64,000 nucleotides of DNA from Podarcis tiliguerta (lineage: Eukaryota). Within the stretch, counting starts at the first letter, position 1, and each line of letters opens with the position of its first letter. Below the pieces are notes generated by a model. It was not told where the DNA came from, did not search any database, and worked only from the letters and a program-made list of their open reading frames with translations. Positions 35,401-50,400 of the stretch are shown here, in pieces. The stretch lies in assembly GCA_965153285.1 (NCBI GenBank), contig OZ229123.1, one strand, 5' to 3'. Position numbers and translations under genes: made by a program.

Positions 35401-38400
35401 TGAAGGACAGTGAGAGGAAAGCTCCCACTCCCACTTACCAGGGTCGAAAAGGCATGCGTTGGCAGGAGCTCCATTACTTTGGCCACTACTTCCAAGCTCT
35501 GGCGTAGGTACCGCTGCCACTCTGTCTGTTGCTGTGAGAAAGAAATACCATGATCAGCTGTTTTATTTGCCTTTGCACCAGGGCTGTTGGAACGGATTTT
35601 CCACAAGTAGAAAAATGAGGCGACAGAATGCTGAAGTGGTTAGAGTGGGCAATTCCAGTTCATGCTATGGGTGAAGAAATGCCATTTAGGAACACTCTGA
35701 CAACTTAAAAACAAATATGCAGGTAAAAATGTTAAAAACCTGGCACACCTGCAAAAAAGGTTCATAACCCCCACACCACACTTCCCAGGCTTGTAATCGA
35801 AAGGCACAAGACATTGGAGGTGGTGCAAAGTCCTGTTAGCCTTAAAGATTTCAGCTATGCTATTCTGCACATGCCTTCAGATTCCATAATGCGCAATGGA
35901 AGCGGAATGTTTTCTACTTTCCACTTTCACAGTTATTACGCTTCTCAAGTCTACAGTCTTCTGTTTCTTACATCATCATCCAGCGTCTCGTCATCCAGCT
36001 CTTCCAACTGGGCCTGGTTGTACCTGAACTGTATCCGATTTAATACTTCTGTCAGCAGCAGAACCAGGGCATCTTCGTACCTGGGAAAGAGCAAAAGGAA
36101 AACCCCAATCAAATTTAGAACCATGATTATGGAAGGAAATGGTAATCCATGGGAAGTTATACCAAAGTTACTTCAACTTAAAGAGAAAAAGGCATGGCAC
36201 ACATCTGACATGAGACATCTGAAAAAATGGTTTCTTTGTTTTTTTTAAAAAGGGTTGCAAAATAATAGTAAGTATGGGGTGATGTTCAGCTAAGTTTTAC
36301 TCAGAGTAGAGCTACTAAAATTAATGGAACTAAGTTATAACCACTAATACCAATGAGTCCACTTTGAGCCAGACCTAGTTGAATTCTGTTCATTCTAGTA
36401 GAGTTGACAATATATGGAATATATGGAAAATGAGCTTTAGCACCATTTGGTCTGACACCACATCCTTATTCAAGATAAGTCATTGCTAAACGAAGCATGA
36501 GAGAGGAAGTTCTCACTGAGGCCTTGGCAGAAAGCAACGTTTCATTTAAATAAGAGGACAATTGAGCTACTCAGAAAGGAATTCCGTTATGCATAATCAA
36601 ATCTGATTGCTAAGTGTGTACATACCCTGGTGCTGCCTCCCCTAACCAGCTGTGCTCCAGATGTTTCCAGACCAGCCACGATGGCCAATAGTCAGAGATG
36701 ATGGGAGTTTTAGTCCATCAGCACCTGGGCTGTACTAGAGTGGGCAAACTGCCCTAATATATCATCTGTTCATTTTCTCTGTCTTTATTCTTCTGCACAT
36801 ACTCTTCATGCTTCTGATACCATCTTGAAGTCTAAGATTCACTGTGCTACGTCCATATACATTATTTCTCTCATTTATTTGTCATCTTAATTTCCATTTC
36901 AAATCCAGGCTACACTTCCACGCCTGTTTCCCACAAGGCTAGTTCAACCTGCACAGTCACAGGCCTGGACACTTTTAAGAGGGTAAGAGAAAGCACGTGC
37001 ACACACACATACACACACACACACACCCCTCTTTAAGAAAGGAGTAATATGGAGTGAAAGTTTGCTTGTATATTCCGGGGGGAGAGAATCTATGTTTTAA
37101 GGTCAAACTCCAGCTGCGAGTGCGCAATGCTGCTGGTTTGAATTTCAAAATAATAGTGCTCCCTGTAACTTGAGATTTATCTACAATCCTGATGCACCAT
37201 ACTCACATCAGATATTTATCACCTTGAGATATTTAGCTTTTCTTGTTAAAAACAAGCAAAACTTTAGTCCTCGGGGGCTTCAAAGATATGCTTGGAAAGT
37301 GCGTCAATGAAATCTCAAGAGGCAGAAGTTGAACTGGATTATTAGTTTCTTAACAATGCTTTCCACTCTTCCCCACAGCCAGAATATGTTATGCAAATAA
37401 ATACTATGAAAATTGGTTTGGCTTGCTTAACTTATACAGGTTGCAGAAGTCTGCTTCTCCTAGTGCAGGACCCAAATACAGATATGCATTCTGTATTTTT
37501 AAATGCTCAGAACCCCAATCATGCACAAGGAACTGTTGTCCTTTCCTACAAAACCGCAAATACCGTTACAACATTTCCAGGTATGGCTTCATTTTTAAGA
37601 CTGCCCTTCTTGGAAATGTGGTGCTTACTGCCTGAACAAATGCAGAACTCAGCCTATTTTCTCACGAAGCTCCCCAATTGCAAAACCAAAAGAAAAAAGC
37701 AACACACCGCTGAGTGACATCAGCCCCAGCAGTGACCTAGCAAGTTGCAGGAAGTACTTGCTGTCCCACTATTCTTTCGTAAGAAAAATGCATTGAGAAA
37801 AAGCTCCCTCCAGCATATGCAAAAGACAAGTGAGCAAGCTAAAAATGTATTTCCCCCACCTGCTTTGAGGGAGTCTGTCGACAGCTTATTTTACACGCTC
37901 TCATGCTCTTCTCAGCATGCTTAGAAATGAACTACTGAAGGAGAGATCCTGTGGTTATTTGAACATGCAGTCTGGGGAGATTTAAACCCCAAGATCCTGT
38001 ATTCGAACCAACATTTCCCTTTTGGGTCATTTGTTTCCTCCTCCACTGAGGGGACCGAGCATGCAAACCCAAGGTGTGCTCCCAAATCCCTTCCTGCAGA
38101 CCATTTCAAGTGACAAGCAACTACACTGAATATCTTAAGCATGTGGAGAGTCTGAGCAAGAAAGAGGGTCAGGCCAGGATGTCAATTGAACTGGCAGGCT
38201 GGTAGGAGCACCCAGACTAGGTGATTTGTACATGAGGCTCTGCTTGGAAGAGGCTTAAACTACAACAGACAGGAAGCCTCAAATGCTGCTCCTGTGGTGT
38301 AAGCACGCTTACGCTTATAGGTAAACACTTCCTGTCCCTATGACAGCTCTACAACTTCCTGTCCCCATGACAGCTGTAAGAGTTGCATTAAAAAGAAACA

Positions 38401-41400
38401 CATCCAGAAATAATGATGCAACTTCCCTCTTCTTGCATTCTTACAAGTAGCAAACCAAGGTTTGGAACTCCCTCTGTGAGCAACTAATCCTTTCTGGCTG
38501 CTAATATCCTTAATCCAAGCCAGTGAGACTTGGGCTGAAACTGCTAAGGAGTGTTTCATGTCCCACTATATAAAGTCTGCATACGCAGCTGTACAAAGCA
38601 GCAAAATAGTTTACCCCTTTTCATATAGAATGGGACGTGAGGAGGGGTGTTACTTTTTCTGAATGCCCCTATGTGGGGGGAAAGGTCTAAAACTAGAAAG
38701 CTAGTCTGAGACAGAACTAATATTCCTTGAATGCTAGTTTGATTTTTAACTTTATGGTGGAATAAAACAACAACAACTTATATATGTGGGTGAGTATTCA
38801 AATTAACCCCCCCCCCCACTGACATGGTACAGTCCATTCTGGCACATCATTCTGCTGCAAGTTTGGAAGATCAGGTTTTCCTTTCTAGCTTAGAAACATA
38901 TCTGAAGGCATGCTTCTCTCCACTATGCCCAGTGCAGTGCACCCAAATGGACTCTTGTGAGAACAACAGCAAGGAAAAATAAAGCTGGCCTTTTCCGCTG
39001 CAATCCTGAATGCCTCTGCGCAGAGCAAGAGCAGCCAGAGGATTATACTCCAAGTTGCTAGAAAAAGGACAAGCCTTTTTAAAAAACAACAACACCCTTT
39101 GTAGCCTTCAAAATGATGCCCAGTGGAGGAAGGAAGCAGCAGGAAAAGCTGTGATACAAATGAGCAAGGGATCTTCCACTGCGCTGCCAATCTTGCTTAC
39201 CTGTTGAGAACTGCTTCTTTATCTGCCAGACGACTCTTTATCTTACTGGTTAAGTAATCCAAGAAGAGAGTCCAGATGTCTAAGCAGGAGAAGTAACCTT
39301 CATGGGTAGGCTGAAACATGGAAGTCAACAGACAATTTTTAACAGTAGCACAAACTGGATATGGAGAGAGAATTCTAATAGCCACTTGATAGACAACGAA
39401 GCTTCTTTTCCTTGCCTTCCTCCTAATGTCACCTTAGACCACATTCACATCATACATTAAAAGCAGAATCATACCACTTTAAACAGTCATGGCTTCCCCA
39501 AAGAATTCTGTGAACTAGTTAAGGGTGCTGGGAATTGTTTGGAGACTCCTATTCCCCTGCCAGAGCTACAATTCCCAGAGTTCCCTGGAAGAGGACTTGA
39601 TTGTTAAACCACCCTGATAAGTTTTTGGGTCCCAATTTTGTTAGGTCTTTTCATTCTTATTTTCATGACCAGTTGCTCTGAGAACCCCTTGGGGTTTGAA
39701 GAGGGAGTAATGCATATGTTCTTTTTTTAATTTAGGTTCTGTTTTAAATTCTCTCAGTACCCTTGACCTGGAAAACAACAACAACAACAACAATGCAGAG
39801 ACAAAACAAGATACGCGAACACAGAAGCACAGAAGCATCTCATTCCGCACTCCTTTTCTTTGAACAAGCCCAAGAGATTCAAATGCTTGTATCCTGCATT
39901 TGAAAGAAAAGCTGGTCCAAACAAAAGATCCATTTTTAAATCAAAACTAAATACTGACTCATAGGCTCCATATTTTTGTTTTCCTGGAAACCAAAACAGC
40001 TACTGAGATTTGATCTCGGTCAAGACCTCTGTGCTGTGTGGTACCCAATATAATATTTCCAGGCATGCCAGGAAATCACTGAAACATGCACCCAGGGCTT
40101 TCAGCGGTCAATCTGGAGACCAGGATTGCTGCTATTTTGCAATGCAAGAGTAACATTTTAATTCGAATGCAGTAAAAACCTGACAACGTGTTTTCACGTG
40201 AAACCTTATAGGATAATCAACTCTAAACAAAGCTGGATTAAGGAGAAGAGACATGCCAGTGTTGTACCTGATGAAACGTGTACTTGAACAGCAATGCAAG
40301 GAATTCAACCACGGGAAACTGGGAGTAGGACTCGATCCTCCTCAAGTGGACACTCACAAAGAGGCGCAGAAAGTCAGTAAACTTCTCTATGTAACTACAA
40401 GGGAAAGACAAGAGAAAACCTGAATACCGACAGAAGCAACAGCAGCACTGAAACATTTAAATTTACTTCATACCTCTTTCATTAAATAACACATTTTGCA
40501 GCCATTTTAAAAACAATTAAATTAAATCCCTACATAAATTACCTACACGGCGGGAAACCCTTCATTCCATTATTACCTGAAACATAGCAAGAAAGAGATT
40601 CTCTCGTCAACGGCAACTTTGGCTTTTGTCAAAATACCAACTCAAACCTTCTGCTAAGAAATCCCATTATGTATTTCACTGTCACCTACGTTAGCTGAAA
40701 CATAGTTGTGCATCTCAAGCCACAGCCTGCTATGCCACATAGCATGCCAATTTTGAAACCAGAAGGACTTTCAGAGCTGGTCTTGATAGGGAATGATGGA
40801 TGGGGGAAAGGGGTGGTGCTTCTGAAAACCAAATGATCCCAGTGGATCCATCTATAGCACAACTAATATATTCTACTATTAAGGTATTGATTTATGAAAG
40901 AACACAAGGCCTTGGCAGCGAAGAACAAAGCTGTTCTCTTCCCCAAAAACTTTATAGTCCAGGGATTCCCGCTCCCATTGGCCCTGGTAGCTGGGATTGA
41001 TGGGAGTTGGAGCCCAACAACATTTGGAGGGCTGCTGGTGCCCCTTCACTGTTCAAGTCAGGTCTCCACCTGAAGGCAGAACAATCACACAGCTGCAAAA
41101 CCCTCCAGTTCTTGGGGGAGCGGAAGCATATTAAAAGAACATTGCAAAACAGAGATACACACTCAAGGTTTTTTTTCCCTAGCCACACACAGCACACACT
41201 GAGGCCCTGGACAACTTTACTGGTTGTCTTAACGTCTTCTGTTTTGTACCTTAAGTGCCTCTGAAAGAGAGACAAAATTATAATAATTGTTATTTGCCGA
41301 ACATTTCTTTCACACGCTCAACTTGCTTTGTGTCGATTATCCTGGTGATCCTTAGATCAGCCACGAAATATAGACCAGTACTGTGACCCTCCAAGTATCA

Positions 41401-44400
41401 GATGTGAGGGAAATGGATTCCTTCAGGCCACCAAGAGAATTCAAACTTAGAATCGTCATTTTAACTCAGAAAGGCCAATTCACAGCAGCTCTCTACACCA
41501 GGATTGGGTAAAGTCTGACCTGCTCCTGAAATATAGAGTGCTGGGTGGTGGTAGTGGTAAGAAGAAATGGGCAGGTAGACTTTTATGTAGTGAATGAGGA
41601 AAAAGTAGGGCAGAAAGTCACAATAGGAAGACTTTCCTCCCAAATATGGAGGAATTTTGAGAGGCCTGCTCACATTTGATTTGCTGCTCAGTTAATCCTC
41701 ATTAAAAAAAAGAACAGCACAGCATAGTTACTAGTGACATGCAGGACCTAGAAGATGTTTTACATAATATGCCCTCTCCTTTGAAGCAGAAGTGTCTACT
41801 AGGAAAGAAGGAAGATATTAGGTAAAAGATGGAGGTGAGTGGGTGTAGAAAAAACTGGGAATTGGATAAGGTATGACTAGGCTGGATGCCCTCCAGGTGC
41901 TCAAAGTCTAAGAAAAGTCAGACTAGTGCTGACTTATAACACCACTACTTCTTGTTTTTGACGTTAGCCTTCCAGGAACATTCATTTGTAGAAACAAATG
42001 ATATTGTCAGTTGCACCAACGGATAGCTTGAATCCCTCTCTGGCAGCAATTTGAAGCACAAGGAGTGCTGAATCCTATAACCATCTCTGCCAGTATCTAC
42101 TTCAGCAGCTCCTCTAGAAAGCCAAGGTATTTTTGCTTTATTGTCAAAAGTCATTGAGAAAAGCAGCCCAAAGTTTTCTCAGTACAGTACGTTTCTGTTT
42201 AAAAAACAAACAAACTTGACTTCCCTAAGGGCAGTTCCCACAGCATACATTTAATACACATTCAGCACTCATCTAAAACACATGGCTTTGCCCAGAGGAT
42301 CCTGGGAACTGCAGTTTGTTAAGGGAAACGGGAAGTGCAGCACTCCAGGGAGAAAACCAGTTCCGAGAATTCTTTCGAGGGAGTCAAGTGCTTTAAATGT
42401 GCATTGAATGTGCATTAAATATATAGTGTGGATGTGACCCAAGGTGACTAGTCTCTTGTTTAAAAAGAGTACAAGTAAATCTATATATATTTAAAGGAAC
42501 AGAAAAATAAACCGACTTGTTTTGCATAGCTGGTTCAATAGCACAAGCCACTGCAGCTCTCCTAAGTTACTTTAAAACCTCTAATGGTTCTGCGTGATTT
42601 CATGCCTACAATTAGCATCCCCATCTGCTTGGAATTAGACAGAAGAGGCCAGATAGAAAAGGAAGACCCTTTTACCTCACTCTGTCTCTTTGGCTGCTTT
42701 CAGCAACAACCGAATGAAGGCAAATTCAAATCTTGCACAACCTCAGACCTGCAGCCAAACTGGAATGAACGGAAGGGGGGAGGGGAGGAAGAAGGAATGC
42801 AAACACCGCAGTCGCTTTGCAACGTCAGCCTCCCACAGCCAACGTACCTGGTCACACCTACCTGCCCACCCTTCCTTCTTCGTCACAGGACTCTGAAAAA
42901 AGGTGATTAGACACACCATGCATGACAAGAAGTCAGTAAAGACCGCCTTGCAGTAAACAGAAAAGATCAACAATATCGATTTGTCTGGGCTGGCTCTCCC
43001 TTACCTCTCGTCCAGTTCCTCCAGCCGACTCTTCACCGTATGGGCATTGTTCTCCTTGGTGATCTTCTGCAAGAGGTAAAACGTCTGCTGGAACATCCGC
43101 AGCAAGTACTCCTCAAACTCCACAGGCACACAGTTCTTTGACATCAGTTCATTGATGCAAGACATGGCAAGCACCCCAAGCCGGCCACGTTCTGGATTCA
43201 AGACAGAGTTCTGGCTGCTGCCATTGAGGGAGGACATCTTCCTGGATCGGGTGTCGCAGCCAAAGCGGGCAAAATGGAAGATGGTGGTGAGGAGGGAAGG
43301 GGTGATGCTCGTAGACAGAGGGATCCAGCTGAAGAGGTGGGCTAGGCACTCCAATGCCAGGGAACAAATGTACTCGCTCTCTGTGTCAAGGACGGGGATT
43401 GGCTGGTTCAATAGTTTGGCTGTGCTGGGACTCTGCAACAAGCTACTTAAAAGGTCACCTGGGGAAGGGAAGATCAAAACCAAGTCTACTTTGCAGAATT
43501 CACATGGATCAGAACCAAGCTCCTTTTGGTTGCAGAGCTTTTGGCCATTTTGGCACACAAACCAGGAAATACAGATCTGGCAAACTGTGGTCAGGATCTA
43601 CCACCACCTACTATATTTTTATCCATGGAGCTCATGGTGACATCTCACAAATATATTTGTTTGACACACCCATCCACCCACCCCAATCACACACGTATAA
43701 AATTGGAAAAGTATTCTTCAACAACAAGCTAGTGTAGAGAAATGATAAATGGAAACCTCAGCATTATCATTCATACTTCTGTCACTCGAAATTCTTATAG
43801 GACAACCCTGTCCTTTATTCTAACAGACTTGTTTTTGCCTCCAGCCGCATCCCTGTGGGGTAGGTGAAACAAAGGGATAGTAGCTAGTCCAAGATCACAC
43901 AATGAGCTTCACTGATCATAGCAAGCCAGTCTCCTAATATTCATACAGAACACTTTACTGTTCAAAGCAGTTCGCATATTTTCTCTTGGTGATCCTAACA
44001 ACACTAAACCAGACCAGTATTAGCATTCCTAAATTTCAGAGTATGTGTGGGTGGTGGTGGGGTTGCGTAACATCCAGCTAGTCAAGGTTCTAGTTGAGGC
44101 AAAATTTGAATCAGGGACATCTCAACTCCCCGCTCACATTTTTAGACACTATGTTTTATCATTTCTGACTTTCCACCCACTATTTCACAGACTGAAGTCT
44201 CAGCTGTCGCTTACAGCAAGCTGCTCACAAGCATGTATGTGCCGAGAATCAGATTGAGGTTCCCAAACTTCCCAGTGTTTTTCAATCCAGGTGCATATAT
44301 TCTGAGCATCCATTCCCTTTTTCTGTTTGAAAGTTATGCTGAGGTTTAACTAAGTATGAAGGAGGCCTACCAAGCTTCTCCCCATTTACTGTAAATCATG

Positions 44401-47400
44401 CATTAGTCTGGACTGAATTTATTCAGCAAGATTAGGTTTTTTTAGTTACATCAACTAAGTTGTACTACTCCTCTCATTTTTTTGAAGTGAGCAAGTATAA
44501 ATTGCCATATTCTGGCACACACTCATAAGCATTATGAGTGGCACATCTGCCAAGAATGAGATGAATGAATGCATGTCATCAGAAGGGTTCATTACAACAT
44601 TGCCCAAGCAGCCAGAGTGCCACTGCAGCATGGCTCCTTGCCACATTGTTGGGTAAGTGTCAGAATCCCTGGATCATAAGAAAGGAATTTACAATAAGGT
44701 TCCTTTCCAGCCAGGAACTCGGACAATGATTGCACACACCATGGACACTTCTCAATATGGTCCACAGTATAAAAAGGTGTTGTACTGCAGCAGCTCCCCT
44801 ACAGCTTGAGAAATGAATTTCTTTTCTTTAATGGACAACACCTCATAGTTCTTCCCACGTAGCTAGGTCTTCATCCACAGTTTAAAAATCATTAATGATT
44901 AGTTCAAACCTTACCACTTTCTCCCGAAGTTGGAGATGGTGGTGGAGTGGCAGCAGTGACACTGTACTTATCCCAGATGCTTTCCAAAATACCTATCAGA
45001 AAAGAAGAGCAAAATCCCCAGCAATTGCATATGAGTTCCCATTATACCACATTAAGTAACAGTTTCATGTAAACTAAGGCTGCTCCTGCACCCAGGGAAA
45101 GCATTGTTCCAAGCCTGATGGAGGAACTCAGTACATGCCTTGCAGCAGAGAGCTCCATTATCGTTTGCTTAGGCATCAATTGTTCTGCTGTATTCTTATG
45201 TCAGAGGAAGTTATGACCTTTGTCTCATCAGGGTCGCCTATTTTGTACTGCTTTAATACAAGGACGCTGCCCCCTCCACCACCACATGTCTGTCATTTCC
45301 ACTAACCTGTGAGAAGCCCAAGGACAGTCTGAACCTGCTCCAGGAGCAGTTTGCGCAACTCTTCCTTCCTTGCTATGCTGAGGTCCTCCCGTGGGCATGC
45401 CAACTCTTCCGATGTTGTCTTCAGCATGATCAGCCCAAGTGGAGTTGTGGCAGGGGATTGGATCAACTGTTAGGAAAGTCAGGTTTAAGTATTAGCAGAC
45501 AACAGCTTCTTTGAATTTGGTAGATGAACTAGAGTTCTGGGGGGGGGGGCAACAAATTTAGCCTTAGAATGCAGACATCTTTATCTCTACAGTGTTTCTG
45601 AACAGGAAAGCTTCTACATGCCATCTTCTAGTCCCAAAGACATCAGTGGAAAGACAAAGTGGAAAAGGCAGAGCTATATATTTGTTGTAGTAAACAGAAG
45701 GGCAAAAATTACCTGGAATATTGAATGAGAGAAAAGAAAGCAAAAAAAATGGTACCAGCATGATACAGGAATTGGTCCTCCGGAGATGCACTCTATTGTA
45801 ACATGTAAGTGGCACCAATAATAAGACTTTTTTGCTTGGGGGACATCCATTATGTGTAATGGCTACGCAAAGTTGACAGACACTGGCAAGACTGTTCACA
45901 CATAACACAATACCTGCTTTTCCTGGCATGGAGATGGACTGCCACACCAGAATAAGCAATGTGTGAAGACAGTCTAAGCAATAGTACAGATTTTTAATCA
46001 TTTACTTGAAAATGCTAGCTTCCGGTGATATGGCAATTCTAATAATACAACGTGCATTTATAAAATGCTGTTTTCTGAGGGCAGTATATATCACATAATT
46101 CTAACAGTAACTTTGAAAGGTAGACTAGTTTATTATATGCATATTTACAGATAGCACACTGAAGTAGAGATGGTGAGATTATTCAAATAAGAGCATAGCT
46201 ACATGAAAATTTTAGCTATGGCACTTGGGTTCATAGCATGCTCTCTTAACCAGCTTATACTTGAACTAAAAGTTAGCAGATTTTAGACAGCTGTGTTGCT
46301 GAAGATGATATATTCATGTAAGACAAGCTAGGCTTTAACAAAATGAAAGGATTTTTAGGAAACACATCACAATTTTATCCTTTGGTTTCCCTTCAACAAG
46401 AAAACTGAAAATGTACTAACATATTAGGCCATCATTCCCTCTCTCAAACTTTTCATTTGGTCATGCTCAAGAAAGCCGACTTCAGTCAAGGGTTTTCTAA
46501 GGACTGTCTTACCTGTAAGATGTTTGTAAAGAAGTCATGGTAGAACATTGGCCAGTCTTGCCGGCCAATATCCACAATGACTTTGCAAAGTTTGTTCCTA
46601 ATGAAGTAAGGCAGAGTTTTGTGGTGAGTCAAAAGAAGCTTGGGCAGACAGCTGCGAATCTCCATTTTATCTTGTGATGGAACCCCAAGCCACATCTTGT
46701 TAATCAGGTTCTGTGGAAGAACAAAAGAAAGTGAGGTGTCATTTTGTACTAAACTTGGAATCCTTGAAATATCTTGCTTACGGCTACTGTTAAGAGCTGA
46801 CAGTCATGATATTAAACCTAGAGGGCATAATACCAAATCTAGGAAAATGCTATCTGGAAATCTGCTTCAGAATATTTACTTAGGAATGGAATTAAACAGT
46901 AAAATATTTGCTTACAATTGAACGATGTATTCCCAACTAGTAAAGAGGGGAAATCGTAACCCTACTAATTAGCACCCAAAGCATGTCCGTGTTCATGGCC
47001 AGAGGAGAAAATATTTAACCTTTCAAGACACTAACAAAAAACAGGGGATATGTTTAATGGTGATCATTAATACTAAGGCTAGACTGAATTTCTTGGGAAT
47101 TATCTCATAAAATGCAATAAATAAACAAGATAATGGAAATCTGCCTGCCAAAAGGAAAACCCATCTGTAAGAATAACAGGTGACCAACATTTGCTATCTT
47201 TAAATCAGAGTTACAAAAATCAATTCAAACTCATCATCTCTGCTGCTCTGTATGGAATGGGAAATACTCATGGTGCAAAAAGTTGTCATTAAACAAAGCA
47301 AACAATCTGATGGTATAACGGAAGAATAATCTGAGGCAGCTTTTCCCAACCTTAGGTCCCCAGATGTTACTGGACTATAGTACTTATCATCCGCAACCAT

Positions 47401-50400
47401 GCTGGCCGGGGCTCATGGGAGTTATAGTCCAATACCATCTGGGGACCGAAGGCTATCCATACCCCTGGACCAGCTCGAATTATCACCACAACAGAGTTAA
47501 CTGAGTGAAACGGAACTCATAAGAGGCATGCTTTGAGCAAGTTTACTCTTGCCTAGTACCTTACCTCAAACACTGTCAAACTGTACATCATTACATAGTC
47601 ATTTCTTGTGCTCGACAGGAAATAGAGGCAGAATCTCCAGGCGCCAATCTGCTGGGCAAAGTTGTTCAGGAGCTCCTCTGGTTAAAAAACCCAAAAAAAC
47701 TGTGTTAAAATTAATAGAATTTCAAGTCATTTGGCAATTCAATAGCCTGTTCCAAATAAACTGCACCTTACACAGGAGGCAGGGAAGGGCTCACAGGTTA
47801 TTATGCAATTGGACTTTGGGGCAACCTGGGGTACAAAATGTAGTACCTTCTTGAACATAAAGGTAAGGAAGCTCAGGACTGCTAGCTCTCTGCGTTTATC
47901 ATCCAGTGGTGGAAAGAAGGCCAAGCAGCTTTCTAAAGGAAACAATGCGCTTCTGAATTTAGGTAACAGACATGGAAGTCTGGCGGGTCCAAGGATCACA
48001 CTAGACATGATGGTGCTTAAGACCAGTCTCTTTAATTGCAGCCCTGACCTGAGCACATGTCAAGCAAGGAAAGGGTGTGTGTCCTGTGTGCATTCTGTTT
48101 TGAGAACAAAGGAAGACATAGGGAAGGGGTACTAATTTCTCTCCATGTCCACTGCTTATGCCGGGTTCATTTCTGGTGCTTCTGGAAGACAAGATTGTGG
48201 GGGTGAGGTAACCTGTGGAGGGAGGGGGAGCAATTTCAACAACCCCTCCTCCTCGTGTACCCCTTTCATTCTTAAAATTAGAGCTCCTGCTTTACACATG
48301 ATTGAGCCAACTGCACGTTTAAAGAGGTGGGTCAAGCTCCGCATCTAAATTTGACTCAAAACAACTTATCCAAAGGAAGTCAAAGGAAAGATAATAGGTT
48401 CTCATTATGGTTCATGTCAGACTTGAATCACCTTTCCAATGACTGGATACCTAAAGATAATGGCTCTGAACCTAGCTCATGCCTCCTGGCAGAGAAAATT
48501 TCTTTTGAAAGAGTCCTCTGGGGGCATATTGTGGTATGCAGACTATTCCTATGCTGAAATGGATGCAGGAGGCGGCAGCAAGTGGGAGAAAGTAAGAACT
48601 TGCAGTTTTGCAGTTCCACAAAAAGCTAAATAACTCACACATACTTTCTGAATTCCATTTGTGCATTTCTGCTTGTGCATCTATTAAGTAAAACAAGGCA
48701 CAGAGTCTCTATGGCAGGGGTACCTGGCCTTGGGGGCCCAGGGACACATCTAGAAATCTAAAAAGTTGTTGTTGGCGCCATAAAATCCTAATTTCACAGA
48801 AGAACAACTGGGAATACTCAGAAGAGTAAATACTCAGAAGAGTAAACCACCCAAACAAGCCAGTCTCCTCAAGAGTCATTTTCTCCAAAAGATAATACAA
48901 AACAAAATTAAAGATTGGGAGCAAGAGGGGGGGGGGGTCTTGGCAGTGTCAGAGAGAGGGTATCTGAGGGCACAGTGATGCCTATGGGTTCCATGTTGGA
49001 GACCCCCACCTCTACAACAGCACATGTAGGAAATGCCATTATCTACTTGCCTGAAGTAGTAACAATTCCTTCTGAGTGGTTCACTAATTCACAGCTCAAG
49101 AGGCATTGTAACACATCCATTCATTCATGTAGGTTTTTGGGGGCTTCTAAACAAGACTTGATCAAGCACTTAAGCACAGATATTAGTACTTTGATCATCC
49201 AAATGACATCTGCCCTCCAGTCAAGGGAGGCCTATGTGTTTCTGAAAGCTTTGGTTGCATTCAATGAGCTTTAAGCATGCACTGAAATATGAAATGAAGT
49301 GGACATATAAAAAATACACACTGGGTTGCATCCAATGGTAGAACTACTCAGAGAATATCTTAGCTGGATAAAACCCACAGATTTTAACTATGAAACCTGT
49401 TGCCATCCTTTCAGGTGTCATGCCTAGCCAAAGGCATTTGTTACTGAGGTTGGAGAATGTGGGAATGATACTGAGCTTACCAATCTCACGCTTCCTTTCA
49501 TTAGTAGTGCAATTGTGGAAAAACTCTGTCATTAGACTCTCCAAAGCTCGCAGCGAGGCCTCTTCTGATGCCTGACAATGACATTTCAAGAACAGTGTTA
49601 ACATTACGTTCTCCTAGTTCAACCTAAACACTCCTTCGGCCTTTCTTCTCATGTTCTCCCACCCCAAACATTCTCCTCACAAAAAACCCAACCCCAAACC
49701 CTCCTGTCTTATGAGCAAAATTATGCAGCGTAGATCCATTTAAGTTTTGTGTTTACAAGCACATTTGAGCATTCTTTTTACAGAATTTGGAAGTCTGGAG
49801 GCAGAGTACACAGAGCCCTTAATGGAACAAAGGCTCTGGTTAAGTATCAAAGCCAGGGTTTACAGATCAAGATTGAGCATACCTAGGAAGAAGAGGGATG
49901 GGGAATTTGCACACAAGAGAGGATGGGATGAGTAAGGTGAGCTCAAACCAGCTCGTCTAACAGGGCCTAACGCTGCATGCACAACATACACCTTTAAAGT
50001 ACAGTGGTACCTCAGTTCCCAAACGCCCCGTTGTTGAACATTTCGGAAGCCAAACGCCGAAAACCTGGAAGGAAATGCTTCCATATCTGAATGTTTTTCG
50101 GAACCCGAACATGTGATGCGGCTTCCGCTGAGTGCAAGAAAATTATGTTTGGGAACCGAGGTACGGTACATTCAAATACGGTACATGTCCCCCCTAAAAA
50201 GAATTGTGGGCACTGTAGTTTACCCCTCAAAGAGCTACAATTCTCAGCAACTCTTAACAAACCACATTGCCCAGAATTCTTTGAGGGGAGAAATGTGCTT
50301 TGAATGTGCTCTAAGTTACAGTGTGTATACAGCCTAGTCATCTTACTAATAGTTATGGATGAATAAGATAGCAGAAGTATGGTTAGAACAGGTAAGAATT

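Noticed and set aside
43152-43640. 162-aa + strand ORF (also 21851-22330 and 35814-36248)
   Set aside because: Antisense shadows of XPO6 exons
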